From the NCBI GenBank assembly GCA_040756235.1, contig JBFLZG010000068.1, forward strand, positions 1 through 64,000: a stretch of DNA of 64,000 nt, written 5' to 3'. This DNA comes from a bacterium (lineage in GTDB: Bacteria > Desulfobacterota > DSWW01). Each line of letters starts with the position of its first letter. Position 1 is the stretch's first letter. A program made the position numbers and the translations under genes. Shown one piece after another: positions 57,960 to 64,000 of this stretch. The notes under the pieces are model-generated. The model did not search any database. It was not told the DNA's origin and saw only the letters and a list, made by a program, of their open reading frames with translations.

Positions 57960-58553
57960 ATGGGACGCAAAGCCAAAGTCGAGCGTAGGACCTCGGAGAC
58001 CCATGTGGAGCTCGAGCTTTGTCTCGATGGAAACGGGGTGTACGAGGTCGAGACTTCCATTCCCTTTCTCGACCACATGCTCGCTCTGTTTGCCAAGCAC
58101 GGCCTCTTCGATCTCAAGGTCCGGGCCTCCGGAGACACGGCAGTGGACTTTCATCACACGGCGGAAGACATCGGCATCTGCCTCGGCCGGGTGTTTCAGG
58201 AGGCCCTGGGAGACAAGAAGGGGATCTGCAGATACGGCGAGGCCACGGTCCCCATGGTGGACGCCTTGGCCTCGGTGGCCGTGGATTTCAGCGGGCGGCC
58301 TCACGTGGTCTTTCGCGCTTCCTTTCAGGCGCCCAAGGTGGGGGAGATCGACGTTGAGCTGTTTGAGGAGTTCTTCCGCGCCTTCAGCCATGCGGCCGGC
58401 GCGGATCTCCATATCCGGCTTCACTATGGCAACAACGTGCACCACTGCATCGAAGCGATTTTCAAGGCCGCCGCGAGGGCCTGCGACGGCGCCACCCGGC
58501 TCGATCCCCGACAGCCCGGCGTTCTGAGCACGAAAGGCACTCTGACCTCATGA
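57960..58553 (+). CDS. hisB: Imidazoleglycerol-phosphate dehydratase
   Basis: 'RRTSET', 'FLDHML', 'VDFHHTAED', '[13 protein letters not shown]', 'STKG'. Confidence 0.97.
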   Translation: MGRKAKVERRTSETHVELELCLDGNGVYEVETSIPFLDHMLALFAKHGLFDLKVRASGDTAVDFHHTAEDIGICLGRVFQEALGDKKGICRYGEATVPMVDALASVAVDFSGRPHVVFRASFQAPKVGEIDVELFEEFFRAFSHAAGADLHIRLHYGNNVHHCIEAIFKAAARACDGATRLDPRQPGVLSTKGTLTS

Positions 58554-59179
58554 CGAAGCGGGTCGCGCTGATCGACTACGGAAGAGGGAATCTGCGGAGC
58601 GTGCAGAAGGCGCTCGAGCAGGTCGGACTGAACGTGGCGATCACCCGCCGTCCCGCAGAGATTCTGGATGCCTGCGCCGTCGTCCTGCCCGGCGTGGGGG
58701 CGTTCAAGGACTGCATGGACAGCCTGGAACGGCTCGGCTTGACGGAACCGCTGGTGCGCTCCATCCGGGACGGCAAGCCGTACCTCGGCATCTGCCTGGG
58801 CCTGCAGATCCTGTTCGAGGAGAGCGAGGAATTCGGCCGGGCGCCCGGGCTCGGCCTGTTCCCGGGCAAAGTCCGCAGGTTCCCCTCCGACGCGCCTTCC
58901 ATGTCGGATCTGAAGGTCCCTCACATGGGCTGGAACCGCGTACGGCTCGCGCGCAGCTCCGAGCTGTTCGACGGGATCCCTCCGGAGGCGCACTTCTACT
59001 TCGTGCATTCCTTTTATGCGGATCCGTCGGACGGCGACCTTATACTGGCAAAAACGAAGTACGGTGTGCCGTTTGCGTCCGTGATCCAGAAGGAACGGAT
59101 GGTCGCGACCCAGTTCCACCCGGAGAAGAGTCAGCGTTCCGGACTCCGGTTTCTGCGAAACTTCGGGGACCTTCTGTAA
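58550..59179 (+). CDS. hisH: Imidazole glycerol phosphate synthase glutaminase subunit
   Basis: '[10 protein letters not shown]', 'LPGVGAF', 'GICLGLQ', 'VPHMGWN', 'FYFVHS', 'QFHPEKS'. Confidence 0.97.
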   Translation: MTKRVALIDYGRGNLRSVQKALEQVGLNVAITRRPAEILDACAVVLPGVGAFKDCMDSLERLGLTEPLVRSIRDGKPYLGICLGLQILFEESEEFGRAPGLGLFPGKVRRFPSDAPSMSDLKVPHMGWNRVRLARSSELFDGIPPEAHFYFVHSFYADPSDGDLILAKTKYGVPFASVIQKERMVATQFHPEKSQRSGLRFLRNFGDLL

Positions 59180-59180
59180 C

Positions 59181-59924
59181 ATGCTCCAGATCATTCCTGC
59201 AATCGACTTGAAGCGGGGGCGCTGTGTTCGACTCGTCCAGGGCCGGATGGAGCTGGAAACGCTCTACTTCGAAGACCCGGTGGAAGCAGCCAAGCTGTGG
59301 GCTCGGCAGGGAGCCGGACGCATCCATCTGGTGGACCTGGACGGGGCGATGGCCGGGCGGCCGCAGAACGCAACCGCCATTCGGCGCATCGTTGAAGCGG
59401 TCTCCGTCCCGGTACAGGTGGGAGGGGGGATCCGGCAGAGACAGGACATCCGGTCCTACCTCGAGATCGGCGTCGATCGTGTGATCCTGGGCACTCTGGC
59501 GCTGGAGGACCTTGCCGCGACCCGGCAGATCACGGAGCTGTTCCCCGGCAGGATTCTCTTGGGCATCGATGCGGAAAGCGGCCGCGTAGCGGTCAGAGGA
59601 TGGAAGGACGTCACGGAGGTGCGAACCGCGGAGTTGCTCGGGCTGTGCGCGGGGATGCCCCTTGCGGGCGTGATCCACACGGACATCCGGAGGGACGGCA
59701 TGCTATCCGGGCCCAACTTCCCGGCCCTGCGGGAGGTGCTTTCCGCCACGTCGCTCCCGGTGATCGCATCCGGGGGGATCACGACCGCCGAGGACCTGAA
59801 GGGACTGGCCCGGCTGGAACGGCTCGGGTTGGTCGGGGCCATCGTCGGCAAAGCGCTCTACGCGGGACGCCTGACCTTTCAGGCAGCCTGCGATTCCGTG
59901 TCGGACGTGGGTTCCGTCGATTGA
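59181..59924 (+). CDS. hisA: ProFAR isomerase
   Basis: 'IIPAIDL..GRCVRL.QG', 'HLVDLDGA', 'QVGGGIR', '[10 protein letters not shown]', 'IASGGI'. Confidence 0.97.
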   Translation: MLQIIPAIDLKRGRCVRLVQGRMELETLYFEDPVEAAKLWARQGAGRIHLVDLDGAMAGRPQNATAIRRIVEAVSVPVQVGGGIRQRQDIRSYLEIGVDRVILGTLALEDLAATRQITELFPGRILLGIDAESGRVAVRGWKDVTEVRTAELLGLCAGMPLAGVIHTDIRRDGMLSGPNFPALREVLSATSLPVIASGGITTAEDLKGLARLERLGLVGAIVGKALYAGRLTFQAACDSVSDVGSVD

Positions 59925-59967
59925 GGGAGCGGGATTTCAACATCGAGTGGGTCGAGGATTCTTTCGC

Positions 59968-60792
59968 ATGCTCGCCAAGAGGATCATCCCCTGTCTGGAC
60001 GTGGACCGAGGTAGGGTCGTCAAGGGGATCCGCTTTCAGCAGCTCCGGGACGCAGGCGACCCCGTGGAGATCGCCAGGTTCTACGACGCCCAGGAGGCGG
60101 ACGAACTGACCTTCCTGGATATCACCGCCTCGCAGGAGCAGAGGGGGATTCTTCTGGACATCGTCTCCCGCACCGCGGAACAGGTGTTCATGCCGCTCAC
60201 CGTCGGGGGAGGCGTGCGCACGCTCGAGGACATCCGCATGCTGCTCGAAAGGGGCGCGGACAAGGTTTCCATCAACACGGCGGCTGTGGACCGCCCCGAA
60301 ATGGTGCGCGAGGGAGCGGCGGCTTTCGGATCTCAGTGCATCGTGGTCGCGATCGACGCCAAGCGCAACGCTTCGGGCGGATGGGAGGTCTATACCCACG
60401 GCGGCCGCAATCCGACCGGGCTGGATGCAGTCGAGTGGGCCCAACGAATGGAGGCCCTCGGGGCCGGCGAGGTGCTTCTGACCAGCATGGACCGGGACGG
60501 AACCAAGAACGGATACGACATCGCGCTCACCCGGACCATAGCCGACAAGATCGGCATTCCGCTGATCGCTTCGGGCGGAGTCGGCACCCTGGAGCATCTC
60601 TACGAGGGTCTGTCCCACGGCAGGGCCAGCGCGGTCCTGGCCGCTTCCATCTTCCATTATCGGGAGTACACGATTGCCCAAGTCAAACGGTACCTGCTCG
60701 CGAAAGGAGTCCCCGTCCGCCCGCCTTCGGATCCCGCGGGGGAGGCGGCTCGAGATCCGGCGGGTGAAGGGCCCGGGCCGTCTGCCCTCTGA
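59968..60792 (+). CDS. hisF: Imidazole glycerol phosphate synthase cyclase subunit
   Basis: '[12 protein letters not shown]', '[12 protein letters not shown]', 'PLTVGGG', 'GADKVSIN', 'TSMDRDGT', 'LAASIFH'. Confidence 0.98.
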   Translation: MLAKRIIPCLDVDRGRVVKGIRFQQLRDAGDPVEIARFYDAQEADELTFLDITASQEQRGILLDIVSRTAEQVFMPLTVGGGVRTLEDIRMLLERGADKVSINTAAVDRPEMVREGAAAFGSQCIVVAIDAKRNASGGWEVYTHGGRNPTGLDAVEWAQRMEALGAGEVLLTSMDRDGTKNGYDIALTRTIADKIGIPLIASGGVGTLEHLYEGLSHGRASAVLAASIFHYREYTIAQVKRYLLAKGVPVRPPSDPAGEAARDPAGEGPGPSAL

Positions 60793-60810
60793 GGAAGAGA
60801 AAGGACCCTG

Positions 60811-61176
60811 ATGGAATTACCCGTTCGCTTCAAGTTCGACGAAAAGGGGCTGATCCCGGCAATCGTACAGGATGCGGCTTCGGGAGACGTGCTGATGCTG
60901 GCCTACATGAACCGCCACTCTATCGAGAAGACGCTCAACACGGGCCTTACTCACTTCTGGAGCCGTTCACGGAACTGCCTCTGGCAGAAGGGGGCCACCT
61001 CCGGTCACATCCAGCGTGTGCGGGAGATCCTCTATGACTGCGATCAGGACGCACTCCTGGTGCGGGTCGATCAGACCGGTCCGGCGTGCCACACCGGAGA
61101 ACGTTCCTGCTTTTTCAGATCCCTTCGGCTGCCGCAAGCAGGCGATGCCGGACTCGCGGAGGAACAGGAGCGTTGA
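60811..61176 (+). CDS. hisI: Phosphoribosyl-AMP cyclohydrolase (monofunctional)
   Basis: 'GLIPAIVQD', 'VLMLAYMN', 'FWSRSR..LW.KG.TSG', 'DCDQDA', 'ACHTG..SCF'. No HisE domain. Confidence 0.96.
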   Translation: MELPVRFKFDEKGLIPAIVQDAASGDVLMLAYMNRHSIEKTLNTGLTHFWSRSRNCLWQKGATSGHIQRVREILYDCDQDALLVRVDQTGPACHTGERSCFFRSLRLPQAGDAGLAEEQER

Positions 61177-61189
61177 CCGGCTCCCCCTC

Positions 61190-61217
61190 TTGACTCAGGG
61201 GCAGTGGCTGATATAAT
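61190..61217 (+). promoter_or_regulatory. Putative sigma70 promoter of rpsU-dnaG-rpoD
   Basis: TTGACT-16 bp-TATAAT with an extended TG. Confidence 0.7.
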
Positions 61218-61339
61218 TGTTCGTTATCTCTTCAGGACAGGCATTTCAGGCATTTTCTTCGAACGACGTGGAACCCTGTGGAAGTTCTGCGTCCCGGGAG
61301 CGTCTCTCACGGTAGAAAGCAAAGGAGGTCAAGAAAAGG

Positions 61340-61540
61340 ATGGCCGGTATCCGGGTGCGGGAAAATGAACCCTTTGAGCTAGCTGTCAAGAGGTTCCGGA
61401 AGAAATGCGAAAAGGCCGGCATTCTGTCCGAGCTGAGAAGACGAGAGAGATACGAAAAACCCAGCGTAAAACGTAAAAAGAAGGCCCTTGCAGCCAAGAA
61501 GAGAACGATGAAGAGGCTTAGAAAGCAGGGACTTCTGTGA
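61340..61540 (+). CDS. rpsU: 30S ribosomal protein S21
   Basis: '[36 protein letters not shown]'. SD AAGGAGGT. Confidence 0.97.
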   Translation: MAGIRVRENEPFELAVKRFRKKCEKAGILSELRRRERYEKPSVKRKKKALAAKKRTMKRLRKQGLL

Positions 61541-61825
61541 GCAGCGACACTTTCCCCTCGACTCCATTGATGTTCAATCCTGCGATCGAAAGTCGTAACG
61601 TACAGCCACCGTCTTAGCTGGAGCCTGCCCCGCAAGGGGTTCGATTTCAGAGGCTGGTCAAGAATTCAACAAGACAAGGCAATCATTTCCGTGGTGCGAC
61701 TCGTTCCTGGGTCCTGTTCGCCAGACCGGCACTTGTCCCGGCGGTGACCGTCTGACCTTGCGATCCGCGTTTTGACACCGCGCGACCGGGAAATCCTTCT
61801 GCGGGCCAGCTCAAGGAATCCGAAC

Positions 61826-63613
61826 TTGGCCACGAGAGTGTCGGAGCAGACCATCCGGGAAATCGCCGAGAGAGTTTCCATACTGGACGTGATTTCTCCC
61901 CTGGTCTCCTTGACCAAGGCCGGGAAGTATTACAAAGGGCTCTGCCCGTTCCATCCAGACAAGAACCCCTCCCTGATCGTGAACCCGGAACGAAACTCGT
62001 TCCACTGTTTCGGCTGTTCGACCGGGGGCGACGTGTACGCCTTCTTCATGAGCTTCCACCACGTCTCCTTTCCCCAGGCGCTGGAAGAGCTCGCGCGTCG
62101 GGCCGGAATTGCGCTCGAACGGCAGCGACCCGGCGTGAGTACGGCCGAGGAGGAGGCGCACCGGGAAGCTCTCGAGCTGAACCGACTCGTGTGCCAGTTT
62201 TTTCAGGACAACCTGAAGAAGAGCCCCGGCGGAGATGCGGCGCGCAAGTACCTGCAGGAGCGCGGAATCGAGCCGGCCATGATCTCTCTCTACCAGCTCG
62301 GTCTGGCATCCAAGGAATGGGATTCCCTTTACCGCTACCTGCAGCGTCACCGGAATCTCATACCGACTGCCTGCAATCTCGGCCTTCTGACCCAGAGAAA
62401 AGGTGCCAACGGTTTTTTCGATCGATTTCGCAATCGGCTGATGTTTCCGATCATGGACGGGACAGGCAAGGTTCTCGGCTTCGGCGGGCGCTCTCTCGAC
62501 GAGCAGGGTCCCAAGTACATGAATTCCCCGGAATCGTTCCTGTACCGCAAAGGCTCCCTCCTCTATGGGCTCTTCCACAGCCAGAGATCGATTCGCGAGC
62601 AGGATTCGGTGATTCTGGTGGAGGGGTACTTCGACCTGCTGTCCCTGCATCAGCACGGCATCCCCCATTCGGTGGCTGTGCTGGGTACTTCCCTGACCTC
62701 CCAGCAGATCGATCTTCTGAGGAAATACAGTCGCCGTTTCATCCTCGTTTTCGACGGCGACGAGGCGGGGCGCCGGGCCTCATTCCGTAACCTGCCAGAT
62801 TTCCTCGAGAAGGGTATACCTGCCCGAGTCGTTTACCTGCCCGAGGGAGAGGATCCGGACAGCCTGCTGAGGAAGCGGGGAGGCCAGGCTTTTCAGAGCT
62901 TTCTCGACGGCGCGGCTCCCCTGCTGGACGTTCTCGTGCGCGAAAAGATGCGGCAGGCCCGCGCTACGGATCGCATCGAGGTCAAGGCGGCGCTCTTGCG
63001 GGATTTGATCCCCCTGCTGCAGAAGATTCCGGACCGGTTGGAACAGAACCTTCGGATTCGAGCCGTTGCCGAGGAGGCCGGGGTTCCCGAACCCTTGCTC
63101 CGGGCGGAATTGTCCAAACCAAAGGGGGGCAGACAGGCTCAAATTCCCCCCGTCGCGGCCCCATCCGGAAGCGCGTGCGACTGGCCGGCAGAGGAGAGGC
63201 TGATCTGCCAAATCCTGATTCAGTTTCCGCACATGATGACGCGCTTCAAGGAAACCGCCGTCCTCGAGCGATTTCGCAGCGCGGCCGCGCAGAAGGTCAT
63301 CCGGGATCTCGAGGGACAATGCCGGAGGGAAGGCGGGCTGAATCTCTCCGAGATCCTGGCCCTCCAGCAGGACCCCGACGTCTCCCGTCTGCTAGCGAGC
63401 CTTTCGTGCCGCCAGGACCTCGAGGACCGCGAAGCGGCGGGTGCGCTCGAAGATGCGGTCCGCTGTATCCAGAGGAGAGACCTGAGGGACCGGCTCTCGG
63501 CCATCAACAGCCGCATCCGGGAGGCGGAACAGAGGGAACAGGGGGAGTTGCAGAACCAGCTCTTCCTTGAAAAACAGCGGCTGATCGAAGAAGAGAAGGG
63601 GCTTCTTTCATGA
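61826..63613 (+). CDS. dnaG: DNA primase
   Basis: Zn finger 'GLCPFH.DKNPS...FHCFGC', 'DRFRNRLMFPI', 'FGGR', 'PKYMNSPE', TOPRIM 'VEGYFD...FDGDEAG', 'DPD'. TTG start at 61826 after AAGGA; the ORF track gives 61772. Confidence 0.96.
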   Translation: MATRVSEQTIREIAERVSILDVISPLVSLTKAGKYYKGLCPFHPDKNPSLIVNPERNSFHCFGCSTGGDVYAFFMSFHHVSFPQALEELARRAGIALERQRPGVSTAEEEAHREALELNRLVCQFFQDNLKKSPGGDAARKYLQERGIEPAMISLYQLGLASKEWDSLYRYLQRHRNLIPTACNLGLLTQRKGANGFFDRFRNRLMFPIMDGTGKVLGFGGRSLDEQGPKYMNSPESFLYRKGSLLYGLFHSQRSIREQDSVILVEGYFDLLSLHQHGIPHSVAVLGTSLTSQQIDLLRKYSRRFILVFDGDEAGRRASFRNLPDFLEKGIPARVVYLPEGEDPDSLLRKRGGQAFQSFLDGAAPLLDVLVREKMRQARATDRIEVKAALLRDLIPLLQKIPDRLEQNLRIRAVAEEAGVPEPLLRAELSKPKGGRQAQIPPVAAPSGSACDWPAEERLICQILIQFPHMMTRFKETAVLERFRSAAAQKVIRDLEGQCRREGGLNLSEILALQQDPDVSRLLASLSCRQDLEDREAAGALEDAVRCIQRRDLRDRLSAINSRIREAEQREQGELQNQLFLEKQRLIEEEKGLLS

Positions 63614-63621
63614 AACCCTGA

Positions 63622-63789
63622 CAGTCCGGGGGAAAAGTCCGGAATGTGCCGGCCGTTCCAGAAGGTCCAGATGCAAGGCGCGCGAAGCCCTGAGGGGCGA
63701 GGCGTACCTGCGGTACCCCGCAGGGATGCAGGGTGGATGGCTTTGCTGCGCTCGCAACAGGCTTCGCAGGTGGCCCTTCGGCAGCGGCC
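63622..63789. mobile_element. Palindromic MITE/REP-like element, copy 9 (dnaG-rpoD spacer)
   Basis: aagtccggaatgtgccggccgttccagaaggtccagatgcaaggcgcgcgaag matches the reverse complement of copy 5. gctcgcaacaggct matches the insert of copy 3. Confidence 0.82.
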
Positions 63790-63822
63790 CGCCAAGCTCT
63801 CTCACAAGGAGAGGAAGAGTCC

Positions 63823-64000
63823 ATGAAGCAACAGAAAGCCAAGAGGATCGCCGAGGTCGAGAAGCTCATCCACATCGGCAAGGAAAAGGGATACCTCACC
63901 TATGACGAAGTGAACGAGTATCTCCCGTCAGATCTGATCGCCGGCGACCAGTTGGATGACGTGATGTCCATGTTCGGCGACATGGACATCGAGATCATCG
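63823..64000 (+). CDS. rpoD: RNA polymerase primary sigma factor RpoD, 5' part (runs off the window)
   Basis: Own translation: MKQQKAKRIAEVEKLIHIGKEKGYLTYDEVNEYLPSDLIAGDQLDDVMSMFGDMDIEI, which is sigma70 region 1.1. Follows dnaG. Confidence 0.93.
   Translation, partial: MKQQKAKRIAEVEKLIHIGKEKGYLTYDEVNEYLPSDLIAGDQLDDVMSMFGDMDIEII

Noticed and set aside
61570..61660. Possible c-di-GMP-I riboswitch (GAAA-capped hairpin followed by ACGTACAGCCAC)
   Set aside because: Lacks the GGCAAA/GACGCAAAGC consensus and a clear tetraloop receptor, and the context (dnaG) is atypical. A cmscan would settle it.
5603..63789. Repeats as a CRISPR array or integron attC sites
   Set aside because: Copies are dispersed, 150-235 bp long, have no regular spacers and no GTTRRRY/RYYYAAC cores. 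No cas or integrase gene is present.
8817..63826. Short ORFs with recurring peptides such as 'NAHLRRCA', 'ALHLGIFEQP' and 'VQMQGARS' (8817, 15304, 24080, 26559, 28950, 46426, 63644)
   Set aside because: They are translations of the DNA repeat in varying frames and lengths, not a protein family.
1..64000. tRNA, rRNA, tmRNA, SRP, RNase P or 6S RNA genes
   Set aside because: No cloverleaf/T-loop or other hallmark sequences were found by eye in the intergenic regions. A covariance search was not possible.

Overview
GC-rich bacterial chromosome segment. Gene content and protein style suggest a deltaproteobacterial (Desulfobacterota/Myxococcota-like) lineage; this is an inference. Left to right: (1) topA-dprA-LysM-TlpA on the minus strand; (2) CBS protein, a small Zn-ribbon protein, metG, an exported hypothetical and a DUF192 gene; (3) a complete type II secretion operon gspC-N (+); (4) converging on it, a minus-strand run with a Tad/Flp pilus cluster (five prepilin-like proteins, CpaB, secretin, an FHA-fused ATPase, TadB/C, DUF192, two FHA-TM proteins), a GHMP kinase, a lipoprotein and an orphan NtrY-like kinase; (5) a full four-domain dnaA-like gene without dnaN, preceded by DnaA-box-like 9-mers, at the point where gene orientation flips; (6) housekeeping genes: acyl-CoA dehydrogenase, deoB, ribF, rluD, pgeF, rho, rpmE, prfA, prmC, murA, hisDBHAFI, rpsU, dnaG and the start of rpoD. 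At least nine copies of a ~150-235 bp palindromic MITE/REP-like element are scattered through the window. They fold into a covarying, strand-specific rod with repeated tandem GA mismatches and swappable internal hairpins, and one copy sits in frame inside the prepilin leader of gspI. The main leads are the FHA-rich, sigma54-driven Tad cluster that resembles the myxobacterial Kil prey-killing apparatus, the structured repeat family, and the dnaA-like gene with its box cluster. No rRNA, tRNA, CRISPR array or transposase was seen.
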